In this document: positions 43,503 through 52,384 of the stretch, in pieces
Layout of the letters: every line of letters begins with the position of its first letter
Numbering within the stretch: the first letter of the stretch is position 1
Origin: Chloroflexota bacterium
GTDB lineage: Bacteria > Chloroflexota > Dehalococcoidia > UBA2247 > JAUWOP01
Direction: 5' to 3'
Length of the DNA: 58,420 nucleotides
Assembly: GCA_030612045.1 (NCBI GenBank)
Contig: JAUWOP010000003.1
Coordinates: 1 to 58,420 of the forward strand
Position numbers and translations under genes: made by a program
The notes under the pieces: model-generated
What the model saw: only the letters and a program-made list of their open reading frames with translations
The model's database searches: none
Told to the model about the DNA's origin: nothing

Positions 43503-46500
43503 ACCTCAAAGGGGTCATTAGCCAAGATTCCCTGCTCTATATACTGGCTGAGGAACCCTTCTTTCGTAACGCTTACGCTGGCATCAGCCCAGCTTATCCC
43601 CCAGGTGGTCTGAGTCAAATCAGTGGTGTTGAAAATGAGGGTATCTACTTCTGTAGCAATATCACTAGCTATCAAAGCTGCTTTGGGGATAGCTATTACT
43701 GCACCTGGAGTATATGCCGGAGCTTTGCCCCCGGATTTTTCGGCTATCTCACTTATCATCGACTTTAGACCAGTTATTTCTCCTATATCAGATACAAAGG
43801 GCAGGTTAATCTGGAGGGAGGGACTGCCCTTATCACTTAGAGAGTCAAATATCGCTTCAATCTGAGCCTGGTATATTTCCTTACCGCGGGTCATGGCTAG
43901 TCGCACTCCCCGCTCACCCAATAATGGGTTGTTCTCCCTGTACTTACCAATCGTGCCTTCTAGCTCCTCTACAGATATTCCATAATCCTGAGCTACTTGT
44001 TCCATTTCATTAGGGTTGAATCTCAAGAAAGCGTCAAGCGAAGTATCTAGCAAAGTGACACTTACAGCGTTAAAATTTCCTTGCCCTACTAGCTCAGTCA
44101 TAGCCCTGGTTAATGCCTCTCTGATTTCCCTTGTTATGGTGTTGATAACAGATTTATCGTCAGTGGCATAGCCTGTGATGATAAGTTTGCGAATAAGCCC
44201 TGAGATATTATCATTGGAGAGGATAATTGAGGTAATATCAAGGTTAACTTGCTCTATGCTAAGGCTTATAGCTCTTTCAGCATCTCCAGCAGTGTTTACC
44301 AGAGCGATTGCTTGCACCTGGATTCCCGCCTTCGTGCGAAGGCAGTTAGGCTGAAGGCTGAAGGAGTCTAATAGCCTTCGGTCTTCAGCCTCATCCCGAA
44401 TGACATGTCCTTTCCAGGCACGAACTGAGCTGATAACCCCTGTCAACCGCTCGGCTGCCTCTTCAGCATTAAGCAAGGGAAGCTCAAATTCCTGCCTAAG
44501 CGCCGCTTGAGCGGTGGCGAGAAGACCAATCGGCACCCGGTAGGGTGAGGCACTGGCATAATCCAGTCCTACCATATGCAGGAATGTTATTGTCTCAGGG
44601 TCTCCCCCATGCTCACCACATATGCCTATGTCTATCCTTCCTGAATCCCCCCTGTCCCCCCTTTTCAAAAGGGGGGAGGAGAGGGGATTTCCTGCAGTGT
44701 CGGCTAGTTTCTTAGCCAGGGCAATCAAGACTCCTACTGAGGGGAAATCTACCGTCACGAAGGGATTTCGAGATAAGATTCCCTTATCAATGTAACTGCC
44801 GATGACCATCTTCTCTGCATCATCTCGGCTATATCCGTAGCTGGTTTGGGTAAGGTCGTTGGTACCAAAGGAGAAGAATTCACACCCCTCAGTAACCAGC
44901 TTATCAGCAATCAATGGAGCTCTGCCCAGTTCAATCATTGCCCCAATATGATAATCTAGCTTGACCCCCTTCTCACTTATGACCTCCTTAGCCTTCTCTC
45001 TGATGATATCCCTCATTGCAGCGAACTCCTCAGCACAAGCTACCAGAGGCACCATAATCTTAGGCTTGACCACCACACCCTCCTGGGATACCTCAATAGC
45101 CGCCTCGATGATTGCCTGCACCTGCATCCTGGCTATAGCGGGAGTGGTGATGAGTAGACGAACTCCCCGATGTCCTAACATGGGATTTTCCTCATGTAAA
45201 TCGGCAATCATCTGTATTAATTTCTCTGTTGGGGTATTCAGGATTGAGGCAAGCTGGGATACCTTCTCTACCTCATCTACCTTGGGCAGGAACTCATGAA
45301 CTGGAGGGTCGAGAAGTCTAATCGTAACAGGGAGACCATCCATACTCTCAAAGATTCCCTTAAAGTCCCCCTTCTGCAAGGGGAGGATTCTCTTTATGGC
45401 TTCATCAGTTATTGTGGTGTTTCCCAGCATGGCACTAAGGAGCATCTGTTGCACCAGAAATACCCTTTTCTCCTCAAAGAACATATGTTCAGTTCTTACC
45501 AGACCTACCCCTTCAGCCCCGAGGGCTCGGGCGGCCTGGGTATCTTTAGGATAATCAGCGTTCGTCCACATTCCTAACTTTCTCTTCAGCAGAGCCATAA
45601 ACCTGATATAGTATTGATACAACTCCGAATTCTGAGCTTCTTTATCATGGTCTACCAGCCCACGCACAATATCAGAAGGTGCTTTTTTTACCTTACCGAG
45701 CATGACCTCACCGGTAGCTCCATCGATAGATATCCAGTTGCCTTCCCTGATAATCTGGTTGCCAACGGAGAAACATTTCTCCTGCTCGTTAATAACAATC
45801 TGCTCTGTACCAGTTACACACGGCTTACCCCAACCACGAGCAACCACTGCAGCATGGGATGTCTTCCCGCCTCGAGAGGTGAGAATACCCTGAGAAGCAG
45901 TTATTCCCACAATATCGTCTGGAGTAGTCTCAGGTCGAACCAGGATGAGTTCAGCCCTGGGATTCTCGTCAAGTAGCTCTTTAGCTCGAGCAGCGGAAAA
46001 GACTACCTCTCCGATAGCTGCACCTGGAGAGGCATCTATTCCTTGGGCAAGGATGAGAGCTTCTGCCTTCCCTTGGGGGTCAAATGTGGGGTGAAGGAGT
46101 TGGTCCAATTGCCCAGGTTCCAGACGCATAGCTGCTTCTTCAGCAGTAATTAAGCCTTCCTCAAACATATCAACAGCAATCCTGAGTGCTGCCGGTGCAG
46201 TTCGCTTGCCCCTTCTGGTCTGAAGCATCCACAGCTTGCCGTTCTCCACAGTAAATTCAAAGTCCTGCACATCGTGGTAGTATTTCTCAAGCGAAGTGGT
46301 AATTTCCCTGAGCTGCCGGTAAACATCAGGCAGCTCCTCGGCTAAGCGGGCAATTGGCTGGGGAGTTCGTATCCCCGCTACTACATCCTCACCCTGAGCA
46401 TTCATGAGGTATTCACCATATGAAATCCTCTCCCCTGTAGCCGGGTCACGGGTAAATCCTACACCTGTACCAGAGATAGTACCCAGATTGCCAAATACCA

Positions 46501-47260
46501 TTGCCTGGACATTTACTGCTGTGCCTAAAGTATCGGGAATCCCTTCTCGTTTTCTATAGGTAATAGCACGAGGGGTATTCCATGACCTGAACACTGCATC
46601 ACGAGCAAAGGTAAGCTGCCGTAGTGGTTCTTGAGGGAAGTCCTCCTGGGTAACTTCTTTATAAGCAGCCTTATATTTTTGCACAATCTCCTTCAGGGCA
46701 GCAGCATCAAGTTCGACATCTTGTATTATGCCAAGCTCATCTTTCTTGGATTCTAATATATGTTCAAAGATATCTTTGTTTATCCCCATAGCTACATTAC
46801 CGAACATCTGAATGAAACGCCTGTAGGCATCATAAACAAAACGCTCATCCTGAGTTAATTGGGACAGGCCCTCAACCACCTTATCATTTAGCCCTAGATT
46901 TAGGATTGTATCCATCATCCCTGGCATGGAGAATTTGGCTCCGGACCTGACTGATACCAGTAACGGATTATGAGAGTCACCGAACTTTTTACCGGTAGCC
47001 TTCTCTACTCCTTCCAGGGCAGACAGCATCTGTTTATTGAGTTCTGTAGGAACCCTGCCTTCTTTATTCAGGTACTCTATACACATCTCGGTAGAAATAG
47101 TGAATCCTGGCGGAACAGGAATGCCAGCCTTGACCATAGTGGATAAACCCTCACCCTTACCACCGACAATATCCTTATCTACACTTTCACCGAATAGATA
47201 CACATACTTTTTCTCTCCTTCGTTTTTCATAACGCTTACGCTATACTCACGCTGTGCCAC
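43337..47260 (-). CDS. ppdK: pyruvate, phosphate dikinase with a 384-aa C-terminal extension
   Basis: The first 923 aa are a complete PPDK: ATP-grasp GGKGEGL, phosphohistidine GGKTSHAAVVARG, PEP/pyruvate barrel GLVRTEHMF, NPMLGHRG, FFSFGTNDLTQ, GICGEHGGDP. Then a linker and a degenerate second barrel copy. GTG start with AAGGAGG RBS. Confidence 0.9.
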   Translation of the reverse strand: MAQREYSVSVMKNEGEKKYVYLFGESVDKDIVGGKGEGLSTMVKAGIPVPPGFTISTEMCIEYLNKEGRVPTELNKQMLSALEGVEKATGKKFGDSHNPLLVSVRSGAKFSMPGMMDTILNLGLNDKVVEGLSQLTQDERFVYDAYRRFIQMFGNVAMGINKDIFEHILESKKDELGIIQDVELDAAALKEIVQKYKAAYKEVTQEDFPQEPLRQLTFARDAVFRSWNTPRAITYRKREGIPDTLGTAVNVQAMVFGNLGTISGTGVGFTRDPATGERISYGEYLMNAQGEDVVAGIRTPQPIARLAEELPDVYRQLREITTSLEKYYHDVQDFEFTVENGKLWMLQTRRGKRTAPAALRIAVDMFEEGLITAEEAAMRLEPGQLDQLLHPTFDPQGKAEALILAQGIDASPGAAIGEVVFSAARAKELLDENPRAELILVRPETTPDDIVGITASQGILTSRGGKTSHAAVVARGWGKPCVTGTEQIVINEQEKCFSVGNQIIREGNWISIDGATGEVMLGKVKKAPSDIVRGLVDHDKEAQNSELYQYYIRFMALLKRKLGMWTNADYPKDTQAARALGAEGVGLVRTEHMFFEEKRVFLVQQMLLSAMLGNTTITDEAIKRILPLQKGDFKGIFESMDGLPVTIRLLDPPVHEFLPKVDEVEKVSQLASILNTPTEKLIQMIADLHEENPMLGHRGVRLLITTPAIARMQVQAIIEAAIEVSQEGVVVKPKIMVPLVACAEEFAAMRDIIREKAKEVISEKGVKLDYHIGAMIELGRAPLIADKLVTEGCEFFSFGTNDLTQTSYGYSRDDAEKMVIGSYIDKGILSRNPFVTVDFPSVGVLIALAKKLADTAGNPLSSPLLKRGDRGDSGRIDIGICGEHGGDPETITFLHMVGLDYASASPYRVPIGLLATAQAALRQEFELPLLNAEEAAERLTGVISSVRAWKGHVIRDEAEDRRLLDSFSLQPNCLRTKAGIQVQAIALVNTAGDAERAISLSIEQVNLDITSIILSNDNISGLIRKLIITGYATDDKSVINTITREIREALTRAMTELVGQGNFNAVSVTLLDTSLDAFLRFNPNEMEQVAQDYGISVEELEGTIGKYRENNPLLGERGVRLAMTRGKEIYQAQIEAIFDSLSDKGSPSLQINLPFVSDIGEITGLKSMISEIAEKSGGKAPAYTPGAVIAIPKAALIASDIATEVDTLIFNTTDLTQTTWGISWADASVSVTKEGFLSQYIEQGILANDPFEVLDVEGVGVLIADAITEAHKANPNLKFSAIGSQLGDATSISFLEWAGIDSFIVPL
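44318..44404. repeat. family-D palindromic element in frame inside the ppdK extension
   Basis: The minus strand reads GTCATTCGGGATGAGGCTGAAGAC...GCCTTCAGCCTAAC...GAAGGCGGGAATCCAG, 87 nt or 29 codons (VIRDEAEDRRLLDSFSLQPNCLRTKAGIQ). Same GTCATTC...GGGAATCCAG ends as the family-D intergenic copies. Confidence 0.55.
44644..44689. repeat. family-B palindromic element in frame inside the canonical ppdK domain
   Basis: AATCCCCCCTGTCCCCCCTTTTCAAAAGGGGGGAGGAGAGGGGATT has the same architecture as TAATCCCCCTAAATCCCCCTTTTCTAAAGGGGGACTAAAGGGGATT (1773, 16849). It encodes NPLSSPLLKRGDRGDS just before the catalytic GICGEHGG. Confidence 0.6.
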
Positions 47261-47292
47261 GATAGTGATACCTCCTTAGCTGATAGAAATTC

Positions 47293-47320
47293 ATGATAGA
47301 GAAACCTCTCCCCTGGTCAA
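47293..47320 (-). promoter_or_regulatory. sigma-70-type promoter candidate for ppdK
   Basis: On the minus strand: TTGACC, 16-nt spacer, TATCAT. About 30 nt upstream of the GTG start. Confidence 0.35.
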
Positions 47321-47478
47321 CATGGATTAACAGTCTGACGCTACATGTCTATTAACTTTGACGGGATATTGACGAAAGACAAAGGGAAATCTCTCAATTA
47401 TTGACAAACTATGGCTTCACACTGTAAAAGCGAAGAATTAATTGAACCTTCTCGCTCATAGGCTCAGCCTGAAAAACC

Positions 47479-47508
47479 TTGACAAATCTTACATGCCTAT
47501 GGTATATT
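47479..47508 (+). promoter_or_regulatory. strong-looking plus-strand promoter with no downstream plus-strand gene
   Basis: TTGACA (47479..47484), 18-nt spacer, TATATT (47503..47508). It points into the tandem hairpins and then antisense into the NYN gene. Confidence 0.3.
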
Positions 47509-47526
47509 ACATAGTGTAATGATAAC

Positions 47527-47592
47527 CCAGGATTGGTTGTAAGCAATCCTGGTAAAATGATAACCGGGGGATTGGATAATAACAATCCCCCG
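47527..47592. other. two tandem, related stem-loops (about 39-nt repeat unit), terminator or small RNA
   Basis: ATGATAACC-CAGGATTG-gttgtaag-CAATCCTG-G and ATGATAACC-GGGGGATTG-gataataa-CAATCCCCC-G, immediately 3' of the NYN gene stop (47599). Confidence 0.4.
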
Positions 47593-47598
47593 CTTCAT

Positions 47599-48135
47599 TT
47601 ACTTAAGCCAACATCCTTCAAGAAAATTCCTATCCAGTTCAATTACCTTATCACTCACTTCTGCTAAGTGTTGAGCCATTCGTTTCTCCATATTCTGAGC
47701 GGTACAGCCAGCACACTCAACATGTCTACCCATCTCTTTCACTGCTAATACAGCACTGCTGAAATCATCATCGTGTGAGACTAGTATAGCAGTATCATAA
47801 GCATGGGACCAACCAAGTTTGAGCATATCTACTGCCAGGAGCACATCTACTCCCTTCTCAACTTCTATGTCCCCATAAGTATTCAGACGGCCCCTCCTTA
47901 ATTCCAGGTAAGGGGTTTTCTGGAGATTGAAGAAGAACTGTTGCTGCTTTTTAGAACGCTCTGGGTCCTTAAATTGGTCAACTATAGCACCATAATAATA
48001 GAGGCGAAGCAATGTTCGCTTTCCGACCAACCTTTGAGCAAACTTGCTGTAATCCAGGTCTTGGCGCCCCATGTTATCTTTTAATGTGCGGTAAAGATTA
48101 CTTCCATCTATGAATATTGCTACTCGCTCTTCCAT
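47599..48135 (-). CDS. NYN/LabA-like (PIN-fold) domain protein
   Basis: VAIFIDGSNLY...EKGVDVLLAVDML...YDTAILVSHDDDF is the typical NYN acidic-residue pattern. 178 aa. Confidence 0.8.
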   Translation of the reverse strand: MEERVAIFIDGSNLYRTLKDNMGRQDLDYSKFAQRLVGKRTLLRLYYYGAIVDQFKDPERSKKQQQFFFNLQKTPYLELRRGRLNTYGDIEVEKGVDVLLAVDMLKLGWSHAYDTAILVSHDDDFSSAVLAVKEMGRHVECAGCTAQNMEKRMAQHLAEVSDKVIELDRNFLEGCWLK

Positions 48136-48252
48136 TCACCTCTCATCCTTCCCGCAGCAAACATGAAACACTCAAATTTTTCTAGAATACCCAGCCTTAG
48201 TTTACCAACTCTTTTACTTCCTAGCAAGTTCAAATTGAGAGAGGGAGCTTTC

Positions 48253-48281
48253 TTGACAGCTAATATGAGCTATGATATGTT
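48253..48281 (+). promoter_or_regulatory. sigma-70-type promoter candidate for ilvD
   Basis: TTGACA, 17-nt spacer, TATGTT. A leader of about 105 nt follows. Confidence 0.35.
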
Positions 48282-48391
48282 TGAAGGGAGGGGATTCCCC
48301 ATTGGTAGGATAAGTTCCCTTTGACCCTCTCCTCTGGTAGGAGGGGGGTTGTATTAGGTAGGATGCAATATTATTATAGCCAGAGATAGCA

Positions 48392-50053
48392 ATGAGGAGT
48401 GATGTAGTAAAGCAAGGTATTGAGCGGGCTCCACACCGCAGTTTACTGCGTGCTTTGGGTTGTACCCAGAGGGAACTGAGCCAGCCATTTATCGGTGTAG
48501 TAAATAGCTTCAGTGAAACTGTACCAGGGCATATCCACCTTCGTGATATTGCTGCAGCAGTCAAGGCAGGAATAAGGGAAGCCGGGGGCACGCCTTTTGA
48601 ATTTAATACCATCGCTGTATGCGATGGTATTGCCATGAACCATACAGGGATGAAGTATAGTCTTCCATCTCGAGAACTTATCGCCGATTCGGTAGAAATT
48701 ATGGTAGAGGCACATGCCTTTGATGCACTGGTATTCATTACTAACTGTGACAAGATAATCCCTGGGATGCTAATGGCTGCGGTGCGTCTAAACATCCCTG
48801 CTATCTTTGTGAGTGGTGGTCCTATGATGGCAGGACACTTAAATGGAGGCAAAAGGATTGACCTTAGCTCTGTATTTATGGGAGTAGGGAAGATATCAAA
48901 GGGAGAAATTAGTCTTGAAGAGCTACAGGAGTTGGAGGAAAATGCCTGTCCTGGTTGTGGTAGTTGTGCAGGGATGTTCACCGCCAACACTATGAACTGT
49001 CTCACAGAGGTTATGGGAATGGCACTACCGGGTAATGGTACTATTCCTGCGGTGGAGGCACAGCGAGTTCATCTGGCTAAAGAAACAGGGCAGAAGATTA
49101 TGGAGTTGCTGGAAGAAAATCTCTGTCCTCGTGATATTATTACCACTGATTCCGTATATAATGCCTTCGTGGCAGATACGGCACTGGGAGGAAGTACCAA
49201 CTCTATCCTACACCTCCTGGCAATAGCTCATGAGGCTGGAGTAGACTTCCCGCTTTCTCGGATTAATGAGATAAGTAACCAAACACCCCATTTATGCAAG
49301 CTCAGCCCTTCGGGAGATTATCATATTGAGGACCTCCATCTTGCTGGTGGTATCTCTGCTCTGCTAAAGGAGCTTAAAGGGTTACTAAATCTGAAGTCGA
49401 TAACGGTCTCGGGGAAGACACTGGGGGAGAATATCCGTGGTGCCAAAAACAGAGACCATAAAGTTATCCATACTATAAGGAAGCCCTATTCCTCTACTGG
49501 TGGACTTTCTATCCTCTTTGGTAATCTTTGTCCTGATGGGGCAGTGGTGAAGAGTGCTGCGGTATCGCCACAGATGCTTGTTCATCAGGGTTCAGCAAGG
49601 GTATTCGACTCTGAAGAGCAGGCTACTACAGCAATTATGGAGGATAGCATAAAGAGTGGTGAGGTAGTTGTCATCCGTTACGAAGGTCCCCGAGGAGGAC
49701 CAGGGATGCGGGAGATGCTCACCCCTACTTCTCTGTTAAGTGGTATGGGAAGAGATGATGAGGTGGCACTAATTACTGACGGGCGTTTCTCTGGGGCAAC
49801 TCGAGGGGCTGCTATTGGTCATGTTTCTCCTGAGGCTGCCGCTGGTGGGGTTATAGCTGCCATCAAAGATGGTGACATGATAAGTATTGATATTCCTAAT
49901 CATAAACTTGAGGTAGACCTGAGTGAGACAGAAATAGAACAACGGCTTGCTAAACTGCCGCCATTCGAATCTAGACTAGCTAGCGGCTATCTTAAACGCT
50001 ACGCCGAGAAGGTGAGTTCAGCAAGCACTGGGGCAGTATTTGATAGGGGGTGA
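48392..50053 (+). CDS. ilvD: dihydroxy-acid dehydratase
   Basis: 553 aa with [44 protein letters not shown] and [12 protein letters not shown]. The 263-aa antisense ORF 48214..49005 is a shadow. Confidence 0.95.
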   Translation: MRSDVVKQGIERAPHRSLLRALGCTQRELSQPFIGVVNSFSETVPGHIHLRDIAAAVKAGIREAGGTPFEFNTIAVCDGIAMNHTGMKYSLPSRELIADSVEIMVEAHAFDALVFITNCDKIIPGMLMAAVRLNIPAIFVSGGPMMAGHLNGGKRIDLSSVFMGVGKISKGEISLEELQELEENACPGCGSCAGMFTANTMNCLTEVMGMALPGNGTIPAVEAQRVHLAKETGQKIMELLEENLCPRDIITTDSVYNAFVADTALGGSTNSILHLLAIAHEAGVDFPLSRINEISNQTPHLCKLSPSGDYHIEDLHLAGGISALLKELKGLLNLKSITVSGKTLGENIRGAKNRDHKVIHTIRKPYSSTGGLSILFGNLCPDGAVVKSAAVSPQMLVHQGSARVFDSEEQATTAIMEDSIKSGEVVVIRYEGPRGGPGMREMLTPTSLLSGMGRDDEVALITDGRFSGATRGAAIGHVSPEAAAGGVIAAIKDGDMISIDIPNHKLEVDLSETEIEQRLAKLPPFESRLASGYLKRYAEKVSSASTGAVFDRG

Positions 50054-50059
50054 GAGGAT

Positions 50060-50647
50060 ATGTGCAACAAAGAAAAGCTAATAGAGAGAATTCTGGAAAT
50101 TGAATGGGATATGTTTTCAGCAGTACAAAGTAGGGATGGGAGGGCACCCTGCCAGGATGACCCTGCAACCTTCAAAATTATAAGAAGGAGTCAATTCATG
50201 GTCTGGTCAGACGATACTCTGGAGAGCTATTTAAATGACCTTGAAGAGGCAAAAAAGGCAGGAAGGAATTTAATGACCCTAAAGTATGCCAGGATGGAGG
50301 ATTTAATCCCGCCTTTAGATTCGGAAGCTCTTCCCTTAATAGATAAAATTGTGGAAATCATGCTCAGATGGACTGTGGGGGTTTCAGAGAGGTTTCCTTA
50401 TATTCAACACGGGAGACCTGTTTACACTTGGCAGGAGCCTATATTTGGAGTGACATCTTCTGAGACTTATGCACGAGGGGAGCTTGAAACCTATTCAGAG
50501 AGGACCCTTGAGTTGTACTATGAGGATATTCTGGATAAAGTCTCCAAAGGCCTAAATGGAGTTGAAGTAAGCTATGATTACATGGTAAGGAGTTTTGGTT
50601 ATAAATCTTTGACCGAGGCGAATGAAAGATTGGGAAAGGTCGCGTAG
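50060..50647 (+). CDS. hypothetical protein, DUF4125-like (from memory)
   Basis: 195 aa with ILEIEWDMFSAVQSRDGRAPCQDDPATFKIIRRSQF...LESYLNDLEEAKKAGRNLMTLKYARM. Tightly packed between ilvD and ilvB (stop abuts the ilvB start). Confidence 0.45.
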   Translation: MCNKEKLIERILEIEWDMFSAVQSRDGRAPCQDDPATFKIIRRSQFMVWSDDTLESYLNDLEEAKKAGRNLMTLKYARMEDLIPPLDSEALPLIDKIVEIMLRWTVGVSERFPYIQHGRPVYTWQEPIFGVTSSETYARGELETYSERTLELYYEDILDKVSKGLNGVEVSYDYMVRSFGYKSLTEANERLGKVA

Positions 50648-52365
50648 TGAAGTTAAGTGGTGCTCAGATTGTATATGAAAGCCTGATAAGTGAAGGTGTG
50701 GATGTTATCTTCGGTTTCCCGGGAGGAGCAGTGCTTTCTCTCTATGATACCCTTCCTCAATACCCTCAACTGCGTCATGTGCTGGTGCGTCATGAGCAAG
50801 GGGCAGTCCATGCTGCAGATGGCTATGCCAGAGCTACAGGGAAGGTAGGAGTTTGTGTTGCTACATCAGGACCCGGTGCTACTAACTTGGTTACCGGTAT
50901 AGCCAACGCTCACCTTGACTCTATCCCGATAGTAGCTATAACAGGACAGGTAGCCAGAGCATTCATCGGTAAGGATGCTTTTCAAGAAGCAGACATAACT
51001 GGTATCACTCTTCCCATAACCAAGCATAATTATCTTGTCCAGAGTGCTGCTGAACTGGTAGCAGTAATGAAGGAGGCTTTCTATATTGCCAGGACAGGAA
51101 GACCGGGGCCAGTTCTCATTGATATACCGCGGGATATCTTCGATGAGAAAGCAGAATTTCGCCGTATCGAAAAGATAACCCTCCCCGGCTACAAGCCTGT
51201 CTTAGGTGGACATGCGGCCCAAATTAACAAGGCAGTTCAGCTCATCAATCATGCCAAGCAGCCGGTTATTATTGCAGGCAGAGGTGCTATTACCTCTGGA
51301 GCCTATGATGAACTCAAGGAGCTAGCTGAAGTAGCTCAGATTGCAGTAACGACCACACTTCTGGGTATCGGTTCCTTCCCTCAATCGCATATATTGAATC
51401 TTGGTATGCTGGGAATGCATGGGACTGCCTGTGCCAATCTGGCGGTAAGTAACGCTGACCTTATTATTGCTATTGGGATGAGGTTTGATGACCGTGCTAC
51501 AGCAAGGGTAGACACATTTGCTCCTCGAGCCCGTATTATCCACATTGATATTGACCCCGCTGAGATAGGGAAGAATGTTAGAGTAGATGTACCCATAGTA
51601 GGGGATGCTAGGAATGTGCTACAACTTTTAAGTAAGAAAATAACCCCTCAAAATCATAGGGAGTGGATTAGCCAACTAGAAGAGTGGCAACATCAGCATC
51701 GCTTAACTTATGACAAGGAAAGCAAGGAATTATTACCCCAATATGTAATTCATAGGATATCTGAGCTTGGTGGTAGGAATGCCTTTGTGGTCACTGGCGT
51801 AGGACAAAATCAGATGTGGACAGCTCAGTACTTCCACTGTGATATGCCGAACAGCCTCATTTCGTCAGGTGGTCTGGGTACTATGGGTTTCGAGCTGCCA
51901 GCGGCTATAGGAGCGAAAATCGGTCGTCCTGAAGCAACTGTATGGTGTATTGCCGGTGATGGTGGATTCCAGATGACCATCCAGGAACTGGCTACAGCAG
52001 TTCAGGAAAATGTTGCTGTTAAAATAGCTATCATCAATAATGGCTACCTGGGGATGGTGCGGCAGTGGCAGGAGCTATTCTACGGGCGGCATTATATAGC
52101 TACACCCATTACCGGTCCTGATTACGTTAAGATAGCTGAGGCTTATGGATTGCCAGGACAGAGAGTAACGAGTAAACAAGAGGTAGCCCCTGCCATCAAA
52201 AAAGCTATGGAACACTCTGGACCATACCTCATTGACTTTGTAGTCAGATCAGAGGAGAATGTGTATCCTATGGTTCTACCGGGAGAGTCACTATCTGAGA
52301 TTATCGAGCAGCCCGGCCCCAAAGAGGATATAAAAGCTCTAACACCAATGTTACCCTTGGGGTGA
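50647..52365 (+). CDS. ilvB: acetolactate synthase large subunit
   Basis: ThDP enzyme: GFPGGAVL, HEQGAVHAADGYAR, GGLGTMGF, IAGDGGFQM, NNGYLGMVRQWQ. 572 aa. Confidence 0.9.
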   Translation: MKLSGAQIVYESLISEGVDVIFGFPGGAVLSLYDTLPQYPQLRHVLVRHEQGAVHAADGYARATGKVGVCVATSGPGATNLVTGIANAHLDSIPIVAITGQVARAFIGKDAFQEADITGITLPITKHNYLVQSAAELVAVMKEAFYIARTGRPGPVLIDIPRDIFDEKAEFRRIEKITLPGYKPVLGGHAAQINKAVQLINHAKQPVIIAGRGAITSGAYDELKELAEVAQIAVTTTLLGIGSFPQSHILNLGMLGMHGTACANLAVSNADLIIAIGMRFDDRATARVDTFAPRARIIHIDIDPAEIGKNVRVDVPIVGDARNVLQLLSKKITPQNHREWISQLEEWQHQHRLTYDKESKELLPQYVIHRISELGGRNAFVVTGVGQNQMWTAQYFHCDMPNSLISSGGLGTMGFELPAAIGAKIGRPEATVWCIAGDGGFQMTIQELATAVQENVAVKIAIINNGYLGMVRQWQELFYGRHYIATPITGPDYVKIAEAYGLPGQRVTSKQEVAPAIKKAMEHSGPYLIDFVVRSEENVYPMVLPGESLSEIIEQPGPKEDIKALTPMLPLG

Positions 52366-52384
52366 GTAATGGGCAGGTTATCCT

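Noticed and set aside
43337-47260. Intein or group II intron as an explanation for the oversized (1307-aa) ppdK
   Set aside because: The extra length is C-terminal, not an internal insertion at a catalytic residue. No intein blocks (Cys/Ser...HN-Cys/Ser/Thr) are present. The extra sequence is instead paralogous to the PPDK barrel itself.
48214-49005. 263-aa minus-strand ORF overlapping the ilvD start region
   Set aside because: It is antisense to the strongly conserved ilvD coding sequence. The composition is low-complexity and Ser/Pro/Ile-rich with no motif. This is a typical shadow ORF.
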